A DNA stretch of 64,000 nt. It comes from Collinsella sp. (GTDB taxonomy: Bacteria; Actinomycetota; Coriobacteriia; Coriobacteriales; Coriobacteriaceae). This document shows positions 17,023 to 26,020 of the stretch, piece by piece. The notes beneath the pieces were generated by a model that ran no database searches, had not been told where the DNA came from, and saw nothing but the letters and a program-made list of their open reading frames with translations. A program made the position numbers and the translations under genes. The stretch is taken from positions 35,564 through 99,563 of the forward strand of contig DBFVZT010000090.1 of the NCBI GenBank assembly GCA_048486575.1, written 5' to 3'. Every line of letters starts with the position of its first letter. Within the stretch, counting starts at the first letter, position 1.

Positions 17023-18540
17023 ATGGCGTTCTATCTGGGTATTGATATCGGGACAAGCGCCTCTAAAGGCGTTTTAATCGATGATCGATGCGATATCGTT
17101 TGCCAAGCCTCTTGTGGACACGAGACGGACAACCCGTGTGATGGATGGTACCAGCATGATGCGGAGGCAGTTTGGTGGGTCGATTTTTGCCGCTTGTCGC
17201 GCGAGCTGGTGGCGCAATCGGGGGTTAACGCGGCGCAGATCGGATGCGTGGGGCTTTCCGCATTGGGTTGCGACTGCGTGCCGGTCGATACCGAGTGCAA
17301 CGCGCTGGCGCCCGCGATTTTGTATGGAGTCGATGCGCGGTCGAAGCCGCAGATTGACGAGCTTCTTTTCGAATATGGGTCAGATCGCGCACGCGAGCTT
17401 TTCGGGCACGATCCCTGTTCGTCAGATATTGCTCCCAAGATCTTGTGGTTTAAGGAGAATATGCCCGAGGTGCACGAACGTGCCGCGAAGTTCCTGACGG
17501 CGTCATCGTTTCTGTGCGCAAAGTTGACGGGGCGTTTTACGGTGGACCGTTATTTGGCGGAGGATTTTCTTCCCCTATATGACCGCTACACTTGGAAGGT
17601 TGATGCTCGGGAATGTGCTCGTTTCTGCCGGCCTGACCAGATGGCGGAGGTAATGTCGGCTACCGATATTGCCGGGGTGATTACGCAGCGTGCGGCTGAG
17701 GCGACGGGGCTCGCGGCGGGGACACCTGTCTTAGTGGGAACGGGTGACTCTGGTGCCGAGGCCATTTCGACGGGTGTATTCCGTCCCGGCGATATGATGG
17801 TTCAGTTGGGGAGCACGGCGTATTTCATCTACCTAGCTGATCATATGGTCGATGATGCCCGCCTGTGGCCGGGGACGTTTATCATTCCCGGAACTTACGG
17901 GATTTGCGCGGGGACCAATACGGCGGGTGCACTCACATCGTGGCTGCGCCAAGAGCTGTATCGCGACGCCGTAGAGGCCGAGGGCCACGGTGGCCCCGAT
18001 GCATATTCGGTTATGGCGCATGATGCCGCCGATGTGGCGTCGGGTGCCGATGGGCTCCTGTGCCTGCCGTACTTTGCGGGGGAGCGTACTCCGCTCAACG
18101 ATCCCGAGGCGCGTGGCGTCTTCTTTGGCCTGACCGGAAGGCATACGCGAGCCCATATGGTTCGCGCCGCCTTGGAAGGCGTCGCGTATACCGTTGCATC
18201 CCATGTCGACATTATCGAGCGAGAGCATGGACTGCCAATTGGGCGCATTATGCTTGTCGGAGGCGGAACCAAGAATCCAGTTTGGATGCAGACTATCGCC
18301 GACGTATGCGGGCGCGAGGTCTCGGTTGCCAAGGTTACGGTGGGTGCATGCTTCGGTGATGCCATCATGGCAGCTCTCGCAGGTGGCGCCTACGCATCAT
18401 GGGATGAACTCGCCCAAGTCCTTGGCGTTGCGCAAACAATCGAGCCCGATATGGCTGCCCACGAGTTATATGCGTCGCGTCGTCATATCTTTGACGAATT
18501 GTATGCACGCAACCGTGATCTCATGCACGAATTGGTGTAA
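17023..18540 (+). CDS. FGGY-family carbohydrate kinase (xylulokinase-like)
   Basis: LGIDIGTS, LPYFAGERTP, GVFFGL, RAALEGVAY, GGG. Confidence 0.92.
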   Translation: MAFYLGIDIGTSASKGVLIDDRCDIVCQASCGHETDNPCDGWYQHDAEAVWWVDFCRLSRELVAQSGVNAAQIGCVGLSALGCDCVPVDTECNALAPAILYGVDARSKPQIDELLFEYGSDRARELFGHDPCSSDIAPKILWFKENMPEVHERAAKFLTASSFLCAKLTGRFTVDRYLAEDFLPLYDRYTWKVDARECARFCRPDQMAEVMSATDIAGVITQRAAEATGLAAGTPVLVGTGDSGAEAISTGVFRPGDMMVQLGSTAYFIYLADHMVDDARLWPGTFIIPGTYGICAGTNTAGALTSWLRQELYRDAVEAEGHGGPDAYSVMAHDAADVASGADGLLCLPYFAGERTPLNDPEARGVFFGLTGRHTRAHMVRAALEGVAYTVASHVDIIEREHGLPIGRIMLVGGGTKNPVWMQTIADVCGREVSVAKVTVGACFGDAIMAALAGGAYASWDELAQVLGVAQTIEPDMAAHELYASRRHIFDELYARNRDLMHELV

Positions 18541-18620
18541 AGCTGCCGAATTGTACTGCCTACCAATAGGGACTGCGTTGTGCGATTCGCATGTCCCTTG
18601 GCATTTTTTGCCCACAGGGG

Positions 18621-19403
18621 TTAGCGAAGGTCAAAAACAGAGTGCGCATTTGTTAAAACTGCCGACTCGATGCGCTTTGCGTCACAGTTTTTGAGTGAGG
18701 CAATGCGCATCGAGGTCCTTGTGAGCGATTTGATGAGCGACTGCGCGCTTGTTTCTGTGTTTGGTTCGGCTGGTGAATCGGTCTCGAGCAGTAAACGATC
18801 GAGTGGAATCTGTCGTGCGTATTCGCGACCGCGCTTGGTCGCGAGCATGCGTTCGTTGACGGAAAAATAACAGCCCGCATTACGCGCGCGGACGAGTTCG
18901 TCCGAAGTACCGCTAAACCAGTGGAAGATGATAACGGGGGAGTCGGGGTTTGGGATGAGTAGCCCATGCGATTCGAGGACGTCCAGTACGGCTCCTGCCG
19001 AACGAACGGCGTGAATTGATATCACGCGCCCGGCAAGAGGGTGCTGCACGAGTGCATCGCAGAGCCGGTCAAATGCCTGTACTTGTAGCGGCTCGCTTCC
19101 GGCAAAACGAGCGGAAAAGTCGAGCCCGACCTCGCCGATCAAGCGTTCTTGTGCAGCGACTTCGCAAAGCAGATTGATTTCAGCGTTGCCACATCGTCCG
19201 TCGGCGAGCCACCAGGGATGGAGGCCGATGCCGGCAAAGATATTTGAACGGTTGCAAGCGCGCTTCTTGGCGCGTGCAAAGTCGCGCGGATCGACGCCGC
19301 AGTCAAATAGAACCAGGTCCAGCGTCGTTGCCTCATCGGCAACGGCGTTCGGGTGAGACATTAAATCGAGATGACAGTGCGCATCAAACAGCTGCAGCTC
19401 CAT
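18621..19403 (-). CDS. tatD: TatD family hydrolase
   Basis: DAHCHLD, GLHPW, IGEVGLD, HWFSG, LLETDSP. Confidence 0.9.
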   Translation of the reverse strand: MELQLFDAHCHLDLMSHPNAVADEATTLDLVLFDCGVDPRDFARAKKRACNRSNIFAGIGLHPWWLADGRCGNAEINLLCEVAAQERLIGEVGLDFSARFAGSEPLQVQAFDRLCDALVQHPLAGRVISIHAVRSAGAVLDVLESHGLLIPNPDSPVIIFHWFSGTSDELVRARNAGCYFSVNERMLATKRGREYARQIPLDRLLLETDSPAEPNTETSAQSLIKSLTRTSMRIASLKNCDAKRIESAVLTNAHSVFDLR

Positions 19404-19417
19404 CGTGGCGTACCCTG

Positions 19418-20218
19418 TTAGTCCAAGCGCTGGCCGTCGGCGCGCACGCGTTCGCACCCGCGCCCGCTGATCTGGCGGATAACCTCGCCAGCGATCATCT
19501 GGCCCATGATGGGCGGCATAAAGCTCGCGGTTCCCAGCTCGGTGCGCTCGTGGATGTTGGAGGGGTCGCGGGGCTGGGTCTTAACCGATTCCTCGCAGCT
19601 AAACAGTACATGTAGGCTCTTGATTCCGCGCTTCTTGCATTCTTTGCGCATAATGCGGCTCATGGGGTCACGTACCGTATCGAAGATGTCGGCAAAGCGG
19701 AGGCACTCGGGATGGAGCTTGTTGGCCCCGCCCATGGAGCTAACCAAACGAATGTCGTGGTCCTGAGCATATTTGGCAATGGTGAGCTTGGCCGAGATGG
19801 TGTCGATGGCGTCGACGACGTAGTCGAGCTTGCCGTCCGTCTGCTCCAAAACGCTCGCGAAGAACTCGTCGATGTTGTCGCTCAGCAGGTATTCGGTGCG
19901 TTTGATAACGGTGGCGGTGGGATTGATGTCGTGGATCATGGCTTCCATAACATCGACCTTGCGCTTGCCGATGGTGCTGTGAAAGGCGATAGCCTGGCGA
20001 TTGATATTGCTGGGCGCGACGATGTCCTTGTCCAGAATGACGAAATGACCGATGCCGCCGCGGGCGAGTGCCTCGCAGCAGTTGGAGCCCACGCCTCCGC
20101 AGCCGAGCACCAACACCGTAGCATCGGCGAGCTTATCGAGTGCCTCGCGGCCCATGATGATCTCGAGCTTGGTGTCGCGTGTCTCGACGAGAGCGGCAGC
20201 GGTTTCGGTCATAGACAT
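19418..20218 (-). CDS. tcdA: tRNA threonylcarbamoyladenosine dehydratase (ThiF family)
   Basis: GCGGVGS, SNINRQ, VVDAIDT, SSMGGANK. Confidence 0.85.
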   Translation of the reverse strand: MSMTETAAALVETRDTKLEIIMGREALDKLADATVLVLGCGGVGSNCCEALARGGIGHFVILDKDIVAPSNINRQAIAFHSTIGKRKVDVMEAMIHDINPTATVIKRTEYLLSDNIDEFFASVLEQTDGKLDYVVDAIDTISAKLTIAKYAQDHDIRLVSSMGGANKLHPECLRFADIFDTVRDPMSRIMRKECKKRGIKSLHVLFSCEESVKTQPRDPSNIHERTELGTASFMPPIMGQMIAGEVIRQISGRGCERVRADGQRLD

Positions 20219-20447
20219 CCTCCGATGGGGAAGCGAATCGTGTTTTAGCTATCGCCATTATAGGTGTTATCGCGATTCCATTTGAGCCCTTGGGCTTGTT
20301 GAAATGGGATCGGGGTTCGCATAAGATTGAAGCAGATGGCACCCGTTGCAGCGGGTTGGCCAACTCTAAAACACGTTTGTAGCGTGAGAAGTGGCCGTCT
20401 TCGCATTACGCGGAGGCGGCTATTTTTTTGAGTACAAGATTAGATAG

Positions 20448-20477
20448 TTAGACAAACATCTAAATATCGAGTATAGT
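20448..20477 (+). promoter_or_regulatory. Promoter with ArsR-type palindromic operator
   Basis: -35 TAGACA, 17 nt, -10 TATAGT; palindrome TTAGA-caaaca-TCTAA overlaps the -35. Confidence 0.7.
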
Positions 20478-20511
20478 GTGCGCGTCATGAGAGATGATGA
20501 GAGGAGGTCTT

Positions 20512-20790
20512 ATGCCGGGAGAGGGTTTTAAGGCGCTTGCCGATCCAACGCGACGGCGCATTTTGGAGTTGCTGCGCGAGGGCAATTGCACGGCGGGGGA
20601 GCTTGCCGAGCATTTCGATATCAGTAAGCCGTCGCTGAGCCATCACTTGGCGACGCTCAAAAACGCCGGGTTGGTGACCGACGAGCGCCATGGCCAAAAC
20701 ATCGTATACAGCTTAAACACCACCGTCATGCAGGATTTGATTGGCTGGTTTATGGGCTTTACAAACACGGAAGGTGATAAGGATGAATAA
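20512..20790 (+). CDS. sdpR: ArsR-family autorepressor, SdpR-like
   Basis: FKALADPTRRRIL, SKPSLSHHL, GQNIVYSLNTTV; overlaps sdpI. Confidence 0.82.
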   Translation: MPGEGFKALADPTRRRILELLREGNCTAGELAEHFDISKPSLSHHLATLKNAGLVTDERHGQNIVYSLNTTVMQDLIGWFMGFTNTEGDKDE

Positions 20791-21487
20791 CGAAAACAAG
20801 GGCATTCGCCCCACGGGGGTATCGTCGCGCGTGTGGATTGCGCTGGTCGCTCTGTGCGTCGCCAATGTCGTAGCGCACCTCATGGTGATGCCGAGCTTGC
20901 CTGCGCAGATTCCCACGCACTGGGGCGCGAACGGCGCTGTCGACGGTTGGGGTCCTAGCTGGATGGCCTCCGCGCTCGGCGTGCTGCCTCTGGCGCTTCT
21001 CGCAATGTTCTGCGTGGTGCCGCGCATCGACCCCAAAGGTGAGGCATATCGAACCTCGGGCAAGTTCTACCAGGGCTTCGTAATCGCCTTCACCTTGTTC
21101 ATGTGCGCCATAAGCTGGCTGGGAGAGCTTACGGTCTGGGGCGTGGTGCCGGCGGTCGGTTCGGTTAACGTGCTGATTTCCGGTGTTGTCGGTTTGCTGT
21201 TCATCGGCGTAGGCAACTACTTGCCGCGTGTGAAGCAGAACTATACGCTCGGTATCAAGACGCCCTGGGCGCTTGCCGATCCCGAGAACTGGCGCCGTAC
21301 GCAGCGTTTTGGCGGCGCCTGCTTTATGGTGCTGGGTATTGGCCTGATTGTGATGGGCGTGGCAGGCAGCGTGCTTTCGAGTGAAGTCGTCGCCGCGGTG
21401 ATTGCGGTTCTGGCGTTTGGTTCGGTTGGAGCCGTCTACGTCTACTCGTATCTGTTGTGGCGCAAATCGCAGCGAGCCGCTCGTTAA
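20783..21487 (+). CDS. sdpI: SdpI family membrane (immunity) protein
   Basis: LPAQIPTHW..G.VDGW, GNYLPRVKQNYTLGIKTPWAL..NWRRT. Confidence 0.85.
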   Translation: MNNENKGIRPTGVSSRVWIALVALCVANVVAHLMVMPSLPAQIPTHWGANGAVDGWGPSWMASALGVLPLALLAMFCVVPRIDPKGEAYRTSGKFYQGFVIAFTLFMCAISWLGELTVWGVVPAVGSVNVLISGVVGLLFIGVGNYLPRVKQNYTLGIKTPWALADPENWRRTQRFGGACFMVLGIGLIVMGVAGSVLSSEVVAAVIAVLAFGSVGAVYVYSYLLWRKSQRAAR

Positions 21488-21671
21488 GGTTGCGGAAAAC
21501 TAGCGTACGCAGTTCATAGTATGTTCCGGGGGACTTTTCCCAGGTAGTATTAGGGGGTGTGGGCAACCATGCCCCTTTTTCGTTACGTTTCAGAGCTGGT
21601 TCCCTCATTTCGTTTCCACTAAAGCGAATCAAGAATAGGGAAACAGCAGGTAGAAAGGATAGAACAGACAT

Positions 21672-23351
21672 ATGGCGGAGTTTATCTACCAGATGTATCA
21701 GGCTCGCAAGGCCCATGGCGACAAGGTAATCCTTGACGACGTGACCCTGAGCTTCTACCCCGGTGCCAAGATCGGCGTCGTGGGCCCCAACGGTATGGGT
21801 AAGTCGACCCTGCTCAAGATCATGGCCGGCATCGAGGAGGTCTCCAACGGCGATGCCAAGCTCACCCCCGGCTACACCGTGGGTATCCTGCAGCAGGAGC
21901 CGCCGCTCGATGACGACAAGACCGTCATCGAGAACGTGCGCATGGCATTTGGCGACATGATCGCCAAGGTCGATCGCTTCAACAAGATCGGCGAGGAGAT
22001 GTGCGACCCGGATTGCGACATGGACGCCCTCATGGCCGAGATGGGCAAGCTCCAGGACGAGATCGACGCCGCCGACGGCTGGGATATCGATTCCAAGCTC
22101 GGCCAGGCCATGGACGCCCTGCAGCTGCCCGATTCCGACATGCCGGTCAACGTGCTCTCTGGCGGCGAGCGCCGTCGCGTGGCCCTGTGCAAGCTGCTGC
22201 TCGAAGCTCCCGACCTGCTGCTGCTCGACGAGCCCACGAACCACCTGGACGCCGAGTCGATCCTGTGGCTCGAGCACTTCCTGCACAACTACCAGGGCGC
22301 GGTGCTTGCCGTCACGCACGATCGCTACTTCCTAGATAACGTTGCCGAGTGGATCTGCGAGGTCGACCGCGGTCACCTCTATCCCTACAAGGGCAACTAC
22401 TCCACGTATCTGGAGACCAAGGCCGCCCGTATCGAGGCGCAGGGCAACCGCGACGCCAAGCTCGCCAAGCGCATGGAGGCCGAGCTCGAGTGGGTACGCA
22501 GCTCGCCCAAGGCTCGCCAGGCAAAGAACAAGGCCCGTCTGGCTCGCTACGAGGAGATGGAGGCCGAGGCCCGCGCAAGCCAGAAGCTCGACTGGACCGA
22601 CATCCGCATCCCTGTGGGCCCGCGTTTGGGCAACAAGGTGCTCGAGGCCCATCATCTGCACAAGGAGTTCGATGGCCGTGTGCTCATCGACGACCTTTCG
22701 TTCACCCTGCCGCGTAACGGCATCGTGGGCGTCATCGGCCCCAACGGTGTGGGCAAGACTACGCTCTTCAAGACCATCGTGGGCCTGGAGCCGCTGACTT
22801 CGGGCGAGCTCGAGGTGGGCGAGACCGTCAAGATCTCCTATGTCGACCAGAACCGTTCTGGCATCGATCCCGATAAGAACCTGTGGGAGGTCGTCTCGGA
22901 TGGCCTGGACCACATGATGGTCGGCGAGACCGAGGTCCCCAGCCGCGCGTACGTGGCGAGCTTTGGCTTTAAGGGCCAGGACCAGCAGAAGCGCGCTGGC
23001 GTACTCTCTGGTGGTGAGCGCAATCGTCTGAACCTGGCGCTCACGCTCAAGCAGGGCGGCAACCTGCTGCTCCTCGACGAGCCCACGAACGATCTCGACG
23101 TCGAGACGCTGTCCTCGCTCGAAGCGGCGCTGCTCGAGTTCCCGGGCTGCTCGGTGGTCATTAGCCACGACCGTATGTTCCTGGACCGCGTCGCCACGCA
23201 CATTCTGGCGTGGGAGGGCACCGACGAGAATCCGGGCAACTGGTATTGGTTCGAGGGCAACTTCGAGGCCTATCAGGCCAACCGCATCGAGCGCCTGGGC
23301 GAGGATGCAGCCCAGCCGCATCGTATTCACCGCAAGCTGACGCGCGACTAG
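21672..23351 (+). CDS. ettA: ABC-F translational throttle EttA
   Basis: MAEFIYQM, two NBDs, EWVR..PKARQAK linker, WFEGNF. Confidence 0.95.
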   Translation: MAEFIYQMYQARKAHGDKVILDDVTLSFYPGAKIGVVGPNGMGKSTLLKIMAGIEEVSNGDAKLTPGYTVGILQQEPPLDDDKTVIENVRMAFGDMIAKVDRFNKIGEEMCDPDCDMDALMAEMGKLQDEIDAADGWDIDSKLGQAMDALQLPDSDMPVNVLSGGERRRVALCKLLLEAPDLLLLDEPTNHLDAESILWLEHFLHNYQGAVLAVTHDRYFLDNVAEWICEVDRGHLYPYKGNYSTYLETKAARIEAQGNRDAKLAKRMEAELEWVRSSPKARQAKNKARLARYEEMEAEARASQKLDWTDIRIPVGPRLGNKVLEAHHLHKEFDGRVLIDDLSFTLPRNGIVGVIGPNGVGKTTLFKTIVGLEPLTSGELEVGETVKISYVDQNRSGIDPDKNLWEVVSDGLDHMMVGETEVPSRAYVASFGFKGQDQQKRAGVLSGGERNRLNLALTLKQGGNLLLLDEPTNDLDVETLSSLEAALLEFPGCSVVISHDRMFLDRVATHILAWEGTDENPGNWYWFEGNFEAYQANRIERLGEDAAQPHRIHRKLTRD

Positions 23352-23374
23352 TCGAGCTCAGGTGACCTAACGAG

Positions 23375-23411
23375 AAAGGGACGATAGCCTTGAGGGTTAT
23401 CGTCCCTTTTT
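23375..23411. terminator. Bidirectional terminator
   Basis: AAAGGGACGATAGCC...GGTTATCGTCCCTTTTT between convergent genes. Confidence 0.8.
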
Positions 23412-23412
23412 G

Positions 23413-24714
23413 TTACTTGGTAGAAGGCTCGACTTTATCGATGGTCCAGGCGGCTCCGAGACCGCCGGTGGTGTTGCGGCGGATGCGCACGGTGACTTCG
23501 TGGCGCTCGCCGGCTTGCGTGTAGCGCAGAGGGAAGCTTGCGCGGTTTCGCGCGGCCTCGATGGTACCGCGCTCGCGGGCGATCCAGTAGTACTCGCCGA
23601 CGATGCCGAGCGTGTCGGCGCCGTAGGGGAGATAGGTTGACAGCTGGTGCAGAAGCGGGCCGGGGCAGAAGACCTCGGTTGCGAAATCGACGGGGAAGTC
23701 CTCGGGGATGGCGGGCGCTACGGGTGCGGGGGCCGGTACCATCGCCGGTGCGAAGGCCTGCTCATTGACGGGCGTCACCTCGACGACGGGCACGGGTTCG
23801 GTGCCGAGCACTGATTCGGTGCCCACTTTTGGCATCGCCGCGGAATCTGCAGACTCGACGATAGCGGGTGCGTCTACGGCCGCGGTGTCGAGCTCGACTT
23901 GCGGAGCGTTCTCGTTCTCGATGCTCGGCTTTGTCTCGACCGGCGTGGAAGCCATGGTGGTGATGCCGGCGTTGGCGTTCTCGGGGTCATAGACGACCGT
24001 GAGCGAGATGGCGGGCTGCGGCGTCTCGGGCTCCGGCGCCGACTCGGTAGCGCCTTGATTGGCGGGCTCGTCGGACTGATCGCCCTCGGCCTCGTCGCCA
24101 AAGACATCGCTGTTTTGGAATGCAGACGTCTCGGGTTGGATAGCGGCTTCTTCGGTTGTCGACTTGGGAGCCTCGTTGAGCTCCGCAGTGGCTTCCAGCT
24201 CTGACATGACTTTGGGATCGGTCGTGGCGGCGATTTCGGTTTCGGCTTCCGCTGTTACCTCAATAGCGGCTTCGATCTCTGTCTCGGGCTCGGGTTCCGG
24301 CACGGCTTCAACCATGACTTCGGGCTCGGGACGCTTAACGTGCTTGGGACGCACGGCCTTGAGGTCCTTCTCGCCGCGCTTTTTCTTTTTGTAGGACTGC
24401 TTGGCTCCCTTGGCTGCCTTGGGCTTGTCCTCGCCCTTGGCAAGGGCGGCATCCCAAGCCTCGTTGGCGATGACGGTGGCATACAGGCGACCGCCCTTAA
24501 AGACGGTCAGCTTAATGCAGTCGTCGAGCTCCTCGAGCAGCTCACGCGTGGACTCAAAGCCCAGGTCATAAGCGGTCATGTCGCCGGCGGCGAGCGACTC
24601 CTCGACCTGTGTCATAAACGTTTGCTTGCCGCACCCAATCGCGTCGCGCAGCAGGCGATACAGATAGATGTGGTTGCCCGGCGAAAGCGTGGGCCTAACT
24701 ATTGTCTTGCTCAT
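23413..24714 (-). CDS. Hypothetical protein: LOTUS/OST-HTH-like N-domain, acidic Pro/Glu/Ala linker, small C-domain
   Basis: LGFESTRELLEELDDCIKL pattern; AGAGGAG RBS before ATG 24714. Confidence 0.7.
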   Translation of the reverse strand: MSKTIVRPTLSPGNHIYLYRLLRDAIGCGKQTFMTQVEESLAAGDMTAYDLGFESTRELLEELDDCIKLTVFKGGRLYATVIANEAWDAALAKGEDKPKAAKGAKQSYKKKKRGEKDLKAVRPKHVKRPEPEVMVEAVPEPEPETEIEAAIEVTAEAETEIAATTDPKVMSELEATAELNEAPKSTTEEAAIQPETSAFQNSDVFGDEAEGDQSDEPANQGATESAPEPETPQPAISLTVVYDPENANAGITTMASTPVETKPSIENENAPQVELDTAAVDAPAIVESADSAAMPKVGTESVLGTEPVPVVEVTPVNEQAFAPAMVPAPAPVAPAIPEDFPVDFATEVFCPGPLLHQLSTYLPYGADTLGIVGEYYWIARERGTIEAARNRASFPLRYTQAGERHEVTVRIRRNTTGGLGAAWTIDKVEPSTK

Positions 24715-24854
24715 GGCAAATCTCCTCTTTACACATGTAAAGCATCTTACCATCGCATAGCGTTCGCCATGGCGGCGCCCAAGGCAAACGGGCGCGAACC
24801 GCTTTCGATTCGCGCCCGTTGTACAGGTCGGTTATCTATGAGAGGCAAATGTAC

Positions 24855-25817
24855 TTAGTTGCCCGATGCCGTGCCTTGACTCGAGTTGTCAGATGCCGTG
24901 CCGGACGCGGTTCCACTCGAGCTGTTCGAGCTGTTGGTGTTGTTGCTGTCTGCTGTGCCCGTTCCCGAAGTGGTGTCGCTCGTCTGGCCGCCCGTGCTCG
25001 GCTGCGAACCGCCAGTCGTTTGGCTTGAGTCGGTCGTGCCGGACGGCGTGCTGCTGTTGGCCGTAGAGGAATCGGTGCCCTGCGATTGGTTTTGGGTGTT
25101 CGAGGACGAATTGGCAGAGGTAGAACTGTCTTGCGTATCGTCCGTCTGCGCCTGCTGATCCTGCGACTGGGTGTTGCCATTTGCATCGCTCTCGGTCGTG
25201 CGCGACGAAAGGATTGGCTCGGGGCGCTCGCCCAGACCCTCACCGGCGGTGGTTATAAGGATGGCGCCGGTGCAGGCGATGACCGCGACGATGGCGATGG
25301 CGATCGAGAAGACGATGACCTTCTTTTGCGTCTGGCTGCGCTCTGCCGCGGCCTTGGCGCGCAGGCTGTTAGGGGCGACGCGCGCCGTGGTCGCACGCCC
25401 CGCAACCTGGCGCATCTCCTGCGTAGTCGCGGCGCCGCCCAGGTGCTCCTCGGCATTAAGCTCAACGGGCTCGTAGGCGCCGGCAGGGTAGTCGACAGCG
25501 GCATGCGTGCCCTTGATTGCTTCGGCGCTGGCAGAGATAAAGTGGCGGTAGACCTGCGAGGACACAACAGTGATGACTGAGCTCACAGCGGCACCAATCA
25601 CCGAGCCGGCAATGCCGATCTTTGAAGCAAGCGCCACGCTTGTGGCCGCAGCTGCGGCGCCGGCAATGATCTGAGGAATGGAAATGTCATCGAACAGGCC
25701 CTTTTTGGGCGCGATGGCCATGGTCTGTCCGATGGAATGGTTTTCGTGAACGCCGTTGTTGAGCGATGCCGGTGTCATGACGCGCGTGCGCGGCGCGTCG
25801 GTGTACTTGGTTGTCAT
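24855..25817 (-). CDS. Membrane protein with Ser/Thr/Gln/Asn-rich C-terminal tail
   Basis: Hydrophobic segments and low-complexity tail; GGGAGG RBS before ATG 25817. Confidence 0.72.
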   Translation of the reverse strand: MTTKYTDAPRTRVMTPASLNNGVHENHSIGQTMAIAPKKGLFDDISIPQIIAGAAAAATSVALASKIGIAGSVIGAAVSSVITVVSSQVYRHFISASAEAIKGTHAAVDYPAGAYEPVELNAEEHLGGAATTQEMRQVAGRATTARVAPNSLRAKAAAERSQTQKKVIVFSIAIAIVAVIACTGAILITTAGEGLGERPEPILSSRTTESDANGNTQSQDQQAQTDDTQDSSTSANSSSNTQNQSQGTDSSTANSSTPSGTTDSSQTTGGSQPSTGGQTSDTTSGTGTADSNNTNSSNSSSGTASGTASDNSSQGTASGN

Positions 25818-26020
25818 ACGGGGTCCTCCCGGTGTAAATCTGCTTCGTTTCATGCAGCCATCAGGGTACCCACCAGATGTGAATCGTACGTGACATTTAA
25901 CAGATATCATCAACTCATCAATAGCTCACCAAGTTGGTGGGATGCGGTTACACCCGGCGGTTGAACTACAATAGGGCTTGCTAATTGTTGTGAATGGCGT
26001 CTACGCACGGGAGCATTCTT

